From NCBI GenBank assembly GCA_029237775.1, contig JAQZBR010000006.1, positions 194,159 to 258,158 of the forward strand: a stretch of 64,000 bases of DNA. The letters run 5' to 3'. Position 1 is the stretch's first letter. Each line of letters begins with the position of its first letter. Made by a program: the position numbers and the translations under genes. Below are positions 21,354 to 30,363 of the stretch, piece after piece. The DNA is from Bacteroidota bacterium. GTDB lineage: Bacteria > Bacteroidota > Bacteroidia > 2-12-FULL-35-15. A model generated the notes under the pieces. The model ran no database searches and was not told the DNA's origin. It saw nothing but the letters and a program-made list of their open reading frames with translations.

Positions 21354-21771
21354 AGTTAAGATCTTCCTTGTGGACGATGATGCAGTATTATTAAAATCCC
21401 TTGAGATCGACTTTCTTCAACATGACGATTATGAGATTAAAACTTTTGCCACTGGCGAGCTGTGTATGGAGAATATTTCAAGTAAGCCTGATCTGATTAT
21501 TCTTGATTATCACCTGAACGGAATCAACTTCGATGCTATGAATGGGATCAATACCTTGGACAAAATTAAAGAGTATGACCATAATATTCCTGTTGTTATG
21601 CTTTCGTCCCAGGATGACATTAACGTTGCGGTGAACTGTATGCATCATAAAGCATTTGACTACGTTGTAAAAAGTGAAACAGCCTTTCTCAGGTTGCAAA
21701 AAATAATTGCTGACATTCTTCAGATGAAGGATATGAAAAAACAATTAAACTGGTATATGGAAAGAGCGTAA
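21337..21771 (+). CDS. Single-domain response regulator (receiver only)
   Basis: KIFLVDDDAVLLKSL...LIILDYHL receiver motifs. It overlaps the kinase stop by 17 nt, consistent with translational coupling. Confidence 0.8.
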   Translation: MKTETKVKIFLVDDDAVLLKSLEIDFLQHDDYEIKTFATGELCMENISSKPDLIILDYHLNGINFDAMNGINTLDKIKEYDHNIPVVMLSSQDDINVAVNCMHHKAFDYVVKSETAFLRLQKIIADILQMKDMKKQLNWYMERA

Positions 21772-21793
21772 CGATGATTTCTCTTTTTCTATT

Positions 21794-21820
21794 AGCATTG
21801 CGATAGCAATGCTTTTTTTA
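21794..21820 (+). terminator. Rho-independent terminator (agcattgc-gata-gcaatgct-ttttttt)
   Basis: Perfect 8-bp stem with a 4-nt loop and a T7 run after the receiver gene. Confidence 0.55.
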
Positions 21821-21851
21821 TGCCCGTTTTTCCTTGATTCATGTTTTGGGG

Positions 21852-21917
21852 TGTGAATAATGCAAATCATCATTAGAGTTGTGTAACCGTTTCCGGTCCC
21901 TTTACAATCATCTTTGT
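21852..21917 (+). promoter_or_regulatory. Copy B of the conserved upstream element
   Basis: gTGTGAATaATGCAAatc...tgTGTAACcg...catcTTTGtatc, ~30 nt before ATG 21944. Confidence 0.4.
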
Positions 21918-21943
21918 ATCAAATTAAACTAATTATCGATAAC

Positions 21944-23914
21944 ATGAAATCAAGACTAATACTTTTAATATTGCTACTGAATATTTCCTCTTTTGCGGGG
22001 AAGAACCGAGACAACTCAAAATTTGAACGTGCGAACGAGACCTACAAGGCCGGGAATTTTTTTGAGGCTCTTCCTTTATATCTTGAGCTCTATAAAGCTG
22101 ATACCACTAATGCTAATATCAGTTATCTCGTTGGTGACTGTTATTTAAAAGGGCGGAACGGTAAGGCAAGTGCACTTCCATTTCTTATAAAAGCCACATC
22201 CTCGGTATCTCCAACATATAAATCCGGGAATGTTGAAGAAAGGAATGCTCCTGTGTTATCCTATAAGTTATTAGGAGATGCATACCACATCCATTCAAAC
22301 TTTGATAAAGCAATTGCTTCGTATGAAATGTACAAAGCTCAGCTAACCTTGAATCACGGAAAGGATAAATTGAATGTTATGGATGCAGATAGGAAGATCG
22401 CGATGTGTAAATCGGGGAAGAAATTGATGTCAACCCCTGTTCGGGTTAAAATTGAGAATCTTGGTAAAACAACCAATTCGGCCTTTGGCGATTACTCCCC
22501 TGTAATTACTGCTGATCAATCTGAAATGATATTTACTTCACGAAGGAAAGAAAGCACCGGTGGAAACACCTATGATGGCGGAAGGTATTATGAAGATATT
22601 TATATCAGCACCTATAAAGATGGTAACTGGACAACCGCTGAAAATATTGGAGCCCCCATCAATACTAATGAGAACGAAGCAACTGTAGGATTATCTCCTG
22701 ATGGCCAAGAAATATTGATCTATAAGGATGACAATGGTGACGGAAATATTTATTCTACAACCCTTGATGGTGATGTATGGTCAGTCCCCGTTAAAATGAA
22801 TTCAAATATTAATAGCAAGCATTGGGAACCCAGCGCTTTTATTTCTGCTGACGGGTTTTCAATATATTTTACAAGTGATCGTCCGGGCGGTTTTGGCGGA
22901 CGTGATCTTTACAAGAGCGAGCTTACCGAAAAAGGTGATTGGGGTAAGTCTGTTAATATGGGTGCCGAGATCAATACGCCATATGATGAGGATGCGCCTT
23001 TTATACATCCGGATGGGGTAACTCTGTTCTTCAGTTCTAACGGACATAATACAATGGGTGGATTTGATGTTTTCTACACTGCTTTGTCAGAGGACGGCAA
23101 GAAATGGTTAGCACCCGTGAATGTTGGATACCCTGTTAACTCACCGGATGATGACATTTTTTATGTAGTGTCGGCTGATAAGAAAAAAGCATATTACTCA
23201 TCATTCAAAGAAGGTGGTTTTGGCGAGAAAGACAATTACGTGATTACATTTCTCGATGAACAAAAAGCTCCCCTGGTTTTATTAAAAGGCTTTGTGAAAG
23301 ATTCAGACGGAAATGTACCTAAAGGTGTTTTGATTACAGTTACAAACAATGAAACAGGGAAAGTTGTCGGGACTTACAACCCAAATAAAAAAACAGGACA
23401 ATATTTATTTATTCTCCCTGCAGGAAAAAATTACAATATAGCTTATGAGGCTGACGGATATTTGTTTTATTCCGAAAACCGCGAGGTTCCTAAGAACACT
23501 AATTATTATGCAGTATATAAAGACATTCAGCTTCCTCCTGTTACTGTTGGGTCGCGGATTGTTCTGAACAATATCTTTTTTGATTTTGATAAAGCAACGC
23601 TCCGCACGACTTCTAACGTTGAGTTAAAGAACATCATGAAGTTCCTGAATAAATATCCTAAGGTTGTTGTTGAGATAGCCGGATTTACTGATTCTAAAGG
23701 TTCTGCAGAGTATAATTTAAAACTCTCAGAAGAAAGAGCAAAAGCTGTTGTTGCTTATCTGGCAGCTAAAGGAATAGACAATAAAAGAATGATCCCAAAG
23801 GGTTACGGTGAAGCATCTCCTGATGCAAAAAATAATAATGTTGATGGAACTGACAATCCTGAAGGTCGTCAGTTGAACAGAAGAGTTGAGCTGAAGATAG
23901 TGGATATTAAATAG
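21944..23914 (+). CDS. PorE-like OmpA-family protein (TPR + PD40 beta-propeller + carboxypeptidase-regulatory-like + OmpA_C)
   Basis: TPR-like N-terminus, PD40 repeats (FTSDRPGGFGGRDLYKS..), a CRD-like block (VLLKGFVKDSDGNVPKGVLITVTNNETGKVVG) and OmpA_C (FFDFDKATLR...AGFTDSKGSAEYNLKLSEERAKAVVAYL). ATG at 21944 was preferred over the upstream TTG. Confidence 0.7.
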   Translation: MKSRLILLILLLNISSFAGKNRDNSKFERANETYKAGNFFEALPLYLELYKADTTNANISYLVGDCYLKGRNGKASALPFLIKATSSVSPTYKSGNVEERNAPVLSYKLLGDAYHIHSNFDKAIASYEMYKAQLTLNHGKDKLNVMDADRKIAMCKSGKKLMSTPVRVKIENLGKTTNSAFGDYSPVITADQSEMIFTSRRKESTGGNTYDGGRYYEDIYISTYKDGNWTTAENIGAPINTNENEATVGLSPDGQEILIYKDDNGDGNIYSTTLDGDVWSVPVKMNSNINSKHWEPSAFISADGFSIYFTSDRPGGFGGRDLYKSELTEKGDWGKSVNMGAEINTPYDEDAPFIHPDGVTLFFSSNGHNTMGGFDVFYTALSEDGKKWLAPVNVGYPVNSPDDDIFYVVSADKKKAYYSSFKEGGFGEKDNYVITFLDEQKAPLVLLKGFVKDSDGNVPKGVLITVTNNETGKVVGTYNPNKKTGQYLFILPAGKNYNIAYEADGYLFYSENREVPKNTNYYAVYKDIQLPPVTVGSRIVLNNIFFDFDKATLRTTSNVELKNIMKFLNKYPKVVVEIAGFTDSKGSAEYNLKLSEERAKAVVAYLAAKGIDNKRMIPKGYGEASPDAKNNNVDGTDNPEGRQLNRRVELKIVDIK

Positions 23915-24036
23915 TATGAATAATGTAAATGATTAATAGAGTTATGTAATAGAAAAGGCTGTGATAAGATACACCTTTGTAACGTGAAATTTCACAACTG
24001 ACCGCCAGAAGCGGAAATAACAATAAGGATAAAATT

Positions 24037-24795
24037 ATGAAAACTAAAATATTAACAGTAATGACCATTCTTTCTATAGCGTTCGTTTCAGGATGTAAGA
24101 AAGATAAGGATACAGCACCAACGCCTTCGCCTTCACCGTCAACAAACACACAGCATATCCCTTTACAGACAACTTCACAGCCAACAGTTGCTATGGGAGC
24201 TGCAGCAACATTGGCAATTCTTGCAGGCTCAGCGATAAGCAATACAGGTGCAACACACATTACAGGAGATATGGGATTAAGCCCCGGTACATCTATAGGA
24301 GGCTTTCCTCCGGGAATACTTGTTGGGACACAGCATATCAATGATGCAATTGCAACTCAGGCAAAATTGGATCTGACTGCAGCTTATAATGATGCTGCAG
24401 GCAGAACTGCAACTGACATTGTAACCATCGCTGGAAATATTGGCGGATTGACGCTGACTCCTGGTCTTTATAAATCAACGTCTTCACTTGCTGTTTCATC
24501 AGGCGATGTGACCTTTGATGCAAAAGGTAACCCCAATGCAGTATTTATCATCCAGATTGCATCAACGCTTACAACCACTCCGGGTAGAAAAGTTATCTTA
24601 AGTGGCGGTGCTTTGGCTTCAAATATTTTCTGGCAAGTGGGAACATCTGCGACATTCGGGACAACCTCAGTATTTAAAGGTACGGTAATGGCGATGCAGT
24701 CAATTACCTTTAATACAGGTGCTACAATTGACGGAAGGGCTTTGGCAAGAAGCGGAGCGATTGTTATGGCAGGCAATACTATTGTTAAGCAGTAA
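24037..24795 (+). CDS. DUF3494 ice-binding-like family lipoprotein (single domain)
   Basis: Lipobox FVSGC, Pro/Ser/Thr linker, then MGAAATLAILAGSAISNTGATHITGDMGLSPG...DAKGNPNAVFIIQIAS...SNIFWQVGTSATFGTTSVFKGTVMAMQSITFNTGATIDGRALARSGAIVMAGNTI. This matches the IBP/DUF3494 beta-helix family. Confidence 0.7.
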   Translation: MKTKILTVMTILSIAFVSGCKKDKDTAPTPSPSPSTNTQHIPLQTTSQPTVAMGAAATLAILAGSAISNTGATHITGDMGLSPGTSIGGFPPGILVGTQHINDAIATQAKLDLTAAYNDAAGRTATDIVTIAGNIGGLTLTPGLYKSTSSLAVSSGDVTFDAKGNPNAVFIIQIASTLTTTPGRKVILSGGALASNIFWQVGTSATFGTTSVFKGTVMAMQSITFNTGATIDGRALARSGAIVMAGNTIVKQ

Positions 24796-24816
24796 CACTG
24801 CAATCATTAACGGGAA

Positions 24817-24849
24817 CGGGCAATGCTGTCGGCATTGTCCGTTTTTTTT
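24817..24849 (+). terminator. Rho-independent terminator
   Basis: cgggcaatgc-tgtcg-gcattgtccg followed by ttttttttc. Confidence 0.5.
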
Positions 24850-24862
24850 CTTTCAACCAATG

Positions 24863-24928
24863 TGTGAATCATGTAAGTTCTTTATGTAGTTGTGTAACAC
24901 ATTCGTCCATCTGTTGAAGCACCTTTGT
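24863..24928 (+). promoter_or_regulatory. Copy C of the conserved upstream element
   Basis: TGTGAATcATGTAAGttctttatgtagttgTGTAACac...caccTTTGtatc, ~35 nt before ATG 24964. Confidence 0.4.
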
Positions 24929-24963
24929 ATCGTGAAAATTAATTCACACCAAAAAATCTAAAA

Positions 24964-26571
24964 ATGAAATATAAATTACTTACAAAATTATCTGCTGCAA
25001 TGCTGCTTACAGTACCGGCTGTTAGCTTTGGTCAATCAATAAATCTGGGAACTGCAGCTAACTTCGCTTTGTTTTCTACGAATGGAGCAGTTGGAAATTC
25101 CGGGATTACACATGTTACTGGAAACGTTGGAACTAACAGCGGCTCAAGTACCGGATTCGGTAACGTAAATGGCCAGATGCACGATCAGGATCTTGTTAGC
25201 GCACAAGCTGCAGCAGACCTTTTGATCGCATACAATCAATTGAACAGTGCAACACCTACCTTTTTCCTTGCACCTTTGTTAGGAAACGGTGATACTTTAA
25301 CTCCGGGAGTTTACTCAGTATCCGGAGCAACTGTATTAAATTTAAATTTGTTTTTGAACGCGCAGGGTAATCCTAATGCTGTCTTTGTTTTTCAGATACA
25401 GGGTTCATTGTCTGCTAATGCCAATACCAAGATCAAACTGATCAACAATGCCAAAGCATGTAATGTGTACTGGAAGGTTGAAGGTCTTGTAAGTATAGCT
25501 GCTGCAACTACTATGAAAGGTACCATTATTGCAAATAATGCTGCTATTGAGATGAACACGAATGATTCACTTGAAGGAAGAGCCCTTTCTACAGCTGGAG
25601 CTGTTACCGTTGATGGAGTTCTTGTTTACACCCCAATTGGTTGTGGTAGCCCGACTTTAACCGGTCCTGCGGCTCCTGATCTTGCTTCTGTAGAATGTTA
25701 CGCAATATTCTCTTCTGACGGTGCAGTTACGAATTCAGGTGTTTCTTATGCAACAGGTGATATCGGAACAAATGTGGGATTAACGACAGGATTCAATTCA
25801 TTGAATGTATCAGGTAATGTTCACCCGATCCCTGATGGTTCTACTGCAGCTGCTGCATCCGATCTGTTAAATGTTTATACTTATCTGAATACATTACCTA
25901 CGGACATTGAGCTTTTATACCCTGCTCAGTTTGGTGCTGACCTTGTTCTTACTCCACATACATATCTTTTGAATGCTGCAACAGTATTTACTGATACATT
26001 ATATCTGGATGCTCAGGGAAACACAAATGCAATGTTCGTGATTAAGATCAACGGTGCACTTTCAACAAGTACATATGCAAATGTTAAGCTGATCAATGGT
26101 GCACAAGCAAATAACGTTTACTGGAAGGTTGACGGAGCTATTGAAATAAATGATTACTCCAAAATGGCTGGTACGTTCATCGCAAACAATGGTGCTGTTA
26201 ATGTTACTACAGGTGTAAATGTAAGAGGCCGTGTTTTATCTACTACAGGAACTGTTACAACAGAAGCAATTACTGCCAATGTTCAGACGATCTGTACACC
26301 AACAGGAATCAATGTTGTTGAAAAAACGGAACAGGTTATCAATGTATATCCAAATCCTTTCACAACATCTTTAACGATTAAGTTGGATGATAAATTCAAT
26401 ACATGTGAATTGCAGATCTTTAATGTGCTTGGAGCTGTTGTGTTTTCGAAAACACTTACAACCCAGAGCACAACTGTTTCAACAAACGATTTACCTGCAG
26501 GAGTCTATTTCTACAAGGTGATCACAAAATCTAACGTTATTCAATCAGGTAAGATTATCTCTCAGAATTAA
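24964..26571 (+). CDS. Tandem two-domain DUF3494 ice-binding-like protein with a T9SS type-A C-terminal sorting domain
   Basis: Signal peptide and two DUF3494 domains (LGTAANFALFSTNGAVGNSGITHVTGNVGTN... and CYAIFSSDGAVTNSGVSYATGDIGTN...), each with NAQGNxNAxFV..I and NVYWKV motifs. C-terminal VYPNPFTTSLTIKLDD...AGVYFYKVITKSNVIQSGKIISQN is a type A CTD. Confidence 0.75.
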   Translation: MKYKLLTKLSAAMLLTVPAVSFGQSINLGTAANFALFSTNGAVGNSGITHVTGNVGTNSGSSTGFGNVNGQMHDQDLVSAQAAADLLIAYNQLNSATPTFFLAPLLGNGDTLTPGVYSVSGATVLNLNLFLNAQGNPNAVFVFQIQGSLSANANTKIKLINNAKACNVYWKVEGLVSIAAATTMKGTIIANNAAIEMNTNDSLEGRALSTAGAVTVDGVLVYTPIGCGSPTLTGPAAPDLASVECYAIFSSDGAVTNSGVSYATGDIGTNVGLTTGFNSLNVSGNVHPIPDGSTAAAASDLLNVYTYLNTLPTDIELLYPAQFGADLVLTPHTYLLNAATVFTDTLYLDAQGNTNAMFVIKINGALSTSTYANVKLINGAQANNVYWKVDGAIEINDYSKMAGTFIANNGAVNVTTGVNVRGRVLSTTGTVTTEAITANVQTICTPTGINVVEKTEQVINVYPNPFTTSLTIKLDDKFNTCELQIFNVLGAVVFSKTLTTQSTTVSTNDLPAGVYFYKVITKSNVIQSGKIISQN

Positions 26572-26599
26572 TCTTTAAGTAAGTTTAGTTCGAGTGTCG

Positions 26600-26637
26600 G
26601 AACGTCCGCTGTGAAAACAGCGGGCGTTCTGTTTTTA
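26600..26637 (+). terminator. Rho-independent terminator
   Basis: gaacgtccgctg-tgaaaa-cagcgggcgttc followed by tgttttta. Confidence 0.5.
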
Positions 26638-26643
26638 TAGATG

Positions 26644-26708
26644 TGTGAATAATGCAAGTTATATGCTTAGTTCTGTAACATATCCGGAACTAAATAAAGG
26701 ACATTTGT
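26644..26708 (+). promoter_or_regulatory. Copy D of the conserved upstream element
   Basis: TGTGAATaATGCAAGtt...ttcTGTAACat...gacaTTTGttgc, ~35 nt before ATG 26743. Confidence 0.4.
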
Positions 26709-26742
26709 TGCTCAAATATTAATAATGATAAATCAATTTAAA

Positions 26743-29700
26743 ATGAAACGTAAAGCTCTCTTATTACTCACGGCCGCTATACTGCTCCTTCCGAAAATAA
26801 ACTTGGCTCAGGCTCCTGTTCTTGGAACAGCCGCTGATTTTGTGCTGTTTACTTCTGTTGGTGCATTAAGTAACACCGGCATATCGCAACTTACAGGAAA
26901 TGTAGGTTCCAACAGCGGTTCCAGTACCGGATTCGGAAACGTGAATGGTGTAATGCATAATAATAACGGTACTACTGCTGCTGCTGCTGCCGATCTTAAT
27001 CTGGGCTATAATCAGCTTAACAGTGCTATACCTACATTTTTTCCAGCCCCTTTGCTTGGTAACGGACAAACATTGAATGCAGGAGTTTATTCCATTTCAG
27101 GAGCATCAACGCTTAATCTTGATCTAACACTTGATGGACAGGGAAATCCTAATGCGATTTTCATTTTCCAGATTCAAGGACCTTTCTCTGCAAATGCCAA
27201 TGCAAAAGTAAAGTTGATAAATGACGCACAGGCCTGTAATGTGTTCTGGAAAGTAGAAGGACTTGTTAGTCTTGCTTCTGCCGTAACCATGAGAGGAACC
27301 ATTGTAGCAAACAATGCTGCAATTAATATGAGTACGAATGACACTCTTGAAGGCAGAGCCCTTTCAACTGCCGGGGCTATCACGATTGACGGAACTCTTG
27401 CTTATAAACCTATCGGTTGTGGAAGCGCTGTTTTAACAGGTCCATTAGCACCAACGCTGGGAGCTACAGCCTGTTACACTTTATTCACATCGATAGGTCC
27501 TGTTACTAATGCCGGTGTAACCAATGTTACCGGTGATATCGGAAGTGATAACGGAACAACTACGGGTTTTAATCCTTTGCTGGTGGTTGGTATGATTCAT
27601 GGAACTCCAGATGGTTCAACGGCTTTAGCTGCTTCTGACCTTATCAGCGTATATAATTATCTTAACGGGCTCCCTTACGATATTGAATTATTGTATCCCG
27701 CCCAATTCGGTAACAATCTGGTACTGACTCCACATACTTACCGGATGAATTCAGCTGCAACATTTACTGATACTTTGTATCTGAACGGAGAAGGAAATCC
27801 TAATGCTGTTTTTGTTATTCAAATCAACGGTGCACTTGCTACCAGTACCTATTCAAAAGTTAAACTGATCAATGGTACACAGGCGAAGAATGTTTTCTGG
27901 AAAGTAGAAGGTGCTGTAAGTATTAATGATTACTCTGTTTTCAGAGGAACCATCGTAGCTAATAATGGAGCTATAAGTATGACCACAGGGGTGTATCTTG
28001 ATGGAAGAGCATTAACAACAACAGGTGCAGTAAATACTGCAGCTATCACTGCTATTATGCCTCCGGGCTGCGGTGCTACTGCGACTTCTCCTGTTATTTC
28101 CCTTCAACCGAATGATCAGCTCGTATGTGCAGGTGATTCTGCCGGGTTTTCTGTAACAGCTGTCGGAACAGGCCTTTCATATCAATGGAGAAGAGGAACT
28201 GTTAATCTTGTGAACGGAGGAAATATTTCCGGAGCAACTTCTGCGGTGTTATCAATTAATCCGGTGTCGGCTGCCGATACAGCCTATAATTATAATGTAA
28301 TTGTGAGCGGAATGAGCTCACCTAATGATACTTCGGATAATGTTTCTCTTGGCATCACAAATGCTATTGCAATAACCTCGGAGCCTATGGGACAGACACT
28401 ATGCCCCGGAGACTCTGCATTTTTTACTGTTATGGCTCCTGGTTCAGGATTAACATATCAGTGGAGAAAAGGAAATGTTGACCTTATTAACGGAGGTAAT
28501 ATTTCGGGCGCAACTTCTGCCACTTTAACAATAGACCCTTCGTCAATAGCTGATACAGCTTTTAATTATAATGTAATTGTAACAGGGTCATGCGGAAGTG
28601 ATACATCAGTGTATGCTTTTTTAATGATCACCAATGGTGTAAGTATTACCTCTGAGCCAATGAATCAGATAAGCTGTCTTGGCAGCTCTGTAAGTTTTGC
28701 GACTGTTGCAAGCGGTTCAGGACTTACTTACCAGTGGAGAAAAGGGACAGTTAACATGGTCAATGCCGGAAATATTTCCGGTGTGAATACAGCAATGTTA
28801 TCTGTTAATCCTGTTACCGGTTCTGATGCGGCACTTAATTATAATGTTATCATTAACGGTTCATGCGTAAGTGATACATCAGTTAATGTTTCGTTAACGG
28901 TTGACAGTATCCGTATCACTACAGAGCCTTCAAATGAGTTTGTATGTATTGGAACACCTGCAAGCTTTTCAGCTGTTGCTGCAGGTTCCGGAATGTCATA
29001 CCAATGGAGAAAAGGTGCGGTTAATATGGTTAACGGAGGTAACATCTCCGGTGTGAACACGTCAGTTTTAACTATTAACCCTTCAACTATCTCTGATATT
29101 GCAACTAATTATAATCTTATAGTCACAGGAACTTGTGGGAATGATACTTCATTGAATGTTTCATTGAACATCGACAGTACACGTATAGTATCTGTGTCGC
29201 CAAATCAGTCTGTCTGTCTTGGAAACTCAATCGCTTTCTCTGTAAATGCACTCGGTTCAGGGCTTACTTACCAATGGAGGAAGGGTGCGGTTAATCTGGT
29301 TAACGGAGGTAATATCTCAGGTGCTACCACTTCGGTGTTAACTATTAACCCTGCAACAATCCTTGATAATGCAACCAATTACAATGTTATTGTTAGCGGT
29401 TCTTGTGGTAATGATACATCAGCAAATGTTACTCTTAATGTAGTAACGGCTCCTACAGCAACTGCCGGAAGTAATTCTCCGGTATGTACAGGAAGTGCTA
29501 TCAACCTTACCGCTGTAACTGTTTCAGGTGCCAATTACTCATGGTCGGGGCCGGCAGGATATTCATCTTCAACACAAAATCCTGTTATTCTTTCTGCATC
29601 ATTTTCTGATGCCGGCAACTATTCACTTACAGTGTCACAAGGTGGCTGTACTTCATTTCCTTCTGTAGTAGCAGTTGTTGTTAATAATTGTAATTCTGAT

Positions 29701-30330
29701 CTGAGTGTAATCAAATCGGTTAATACAGCAACGCCTTTCTTTGGAACACAAGTGACCTTTGTGATCACCGCAACCAATAATGGCAGTGGAACTGCAACAG
29801 GCGTAGTCGTAAATGATGTTCTTCAAAACGGGTATGTTTATGTTTCCTCTTCAGTAACTGCAGGTTCTTATGATGTACTGACAGGTGAATGGGTTGTCGG
29901 TAATATGATCGATAATTCAACTGAAACATTGACCATGACAGCAACTGTAGTTGAAGGTGGTAATTATGTTAACACGGCAATTATTTATGGAAATGAATCA
30001 GATCCTGATATGACAAATAATAATTCATCGGTGGAAACATTCCCAACCGATTTCTTTATCCCTGAAGGATTTTCTCCTAATGGTGATGGCATCAACGATC
30101 TTTTTGTGATCCGCGGGATCCGTAATTATCCGGAAAACACATTTGTGATCTTCAACCGTTGGGGTGATAAAGTTTTTGAGGCTAATCCATATACAAGTGA
30201 ATGGGATGGTAAATGTGGGAAGGGCTTAAGGCTCGGAGGTGAGCAGCTGCCTATCGGAACATATTTCTATATCCTTGACCTGGGTAATGATACTGACATC
30301 ATTAAAGGAACTATCTATCTGAACAAATAA
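26743..30330 (+). CDS. Large T9SS type-B cargo: two DUF3494 ice-binding-like domains, ~6 Ig-like repeats, DUF11, gliding-motility-associated C-terminal domain
   Basis: The N-terminal ~430 aa are ~70% identical to the 535-aa neighbour. Six ~95-aa repeats (..GSGLTYQWRKG(A/T)VN(L/M)VNGGNISG..NYNVI..GSCG.DTS). DUF11-like NSDLSVIKSVNTATPFFGTQVTFVITATNNGSGTATGVVVNDVL. C-terminus FFIPEGFSPNGDGINDLFVIRGI...WDG is a type B CTD. Start taken at MKRKALLLL (26743); the ORF-track start is 26725. Confidence 0.75.
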   Translation: MKRKALLLLTAAILLLPKINLAQAPVLGTAADFVLFTSVGALSNTGISQLTGNVGSNSGSSTGFGNVNGVMHNNNGTTAAAAADLNLGYNQLNSAIPTFFPAPLLGNGQTLNAGVYSISGASTLNLDLTLDGQGNPNAIFIFQIQGPFSANANAKVKLINDAQACNVFWKVEGLVSLASAVTMRGTIVANNAAINMSTNDTLEGRALSTAGAITIDGTLAYKPIGCGSAVLTGPLAPTLGATACYTLFTSIGPVTNAGVTNVTGDIGSDNGTTTGFNPLLVVGMIHGTPDGSTALAASDLISVYNYLNGLPYDIELLYPAQFGNNLVLTPHTYRMNSAATFTDTLYLNGEGNPNAVFVIQINGALATSTYSKVKLINGTQAKNVFWKVEGAVSINDYSVFRGTIVANNGAISMTTGVYLDGRALTTTGAVNTAAITAIMPPGCGATATSPVISLQPNDQLVCAGDSAGFSVTAVGTGLSYQWRRGTVNLVNGGNISGATSAVLSINPVSAADTAYNYNVIVSGMSSPNDTSDNVSLGITNAIAITSEPMGQTLCPGDSAFFTVMAPGSGLTYQWRKGNVDLINGGNISGATSATLTIDPSSIADTAFNYNVIVTGSCGSDTSVYAFLMITNGVSITSEPMNQISCLGSSVSFATVASGSGLTYQWRKGTVNMVNAGNISGVNTAMLSVNPVTGSDAALNYNVIINGSCVSDTSVNVSLTVDSIRITTEPSNEFVCIGTPASFSAVAAGSGMSYQWRKGAVNMVNGGNISGVNTSVLTINPSTISDIATNYNLIVTGTCGNDTSLNVSLNIDSTRIVSVSPNQSVCLGNSIAFSVNALGSGLTYQWRKGAVNLVNGGNISGATTSVLTINPATILDNATNYNVIVSGSCGNDTSANVTLNVVTAPTATAGSNSPVCTGSAINLTAVTVSGANYSWSGPAGYSSSTQNPVILSASFSDAGNYSLTVSQGGCTSFPSVVAVVVNNCNSDLSVIKSVNTATPFFGTQVTFVITATNNGSGTATGVVVNDVLQNGYVYVSSSVTAGSYDVLTGEWVVGNMIDNSTETLTMTATVVEGGNYVNTAIIYGNESDPDMTNNNSSVETFPTDFFIPEGFSPNGDGINDLFVIRGIRNYPENTFVIFNRWGDKVFEANPYTSEWDGKCGKGLRLGGEQLPIGTYFYILDLGNDTDIIKGTIYLNK

Positions 30331-30363
30331 CATCGATCTAATAACACAATTAAAATAAAGAAA

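Noticed and set aside
28100-29460. Regularly spaced ~285-bp DNA repeats that could be mistaken for a repeat array or CRISPR
   Set aside because: They are in-frame coding repeats (six Ig-like ..GLTYQWRKGxVN.. domains) inside the 1201-aa gene. The spacing and length are far too large for CRISPR, and no cas genes are present.
24037-30330. Calling the DUF3494 proteins bona fide antifreeze/ice-binding proteins
   Set aside because: Only family membership can be seen from sequence. Many DUF3494 proteins are not ice-active, so the function is left open.
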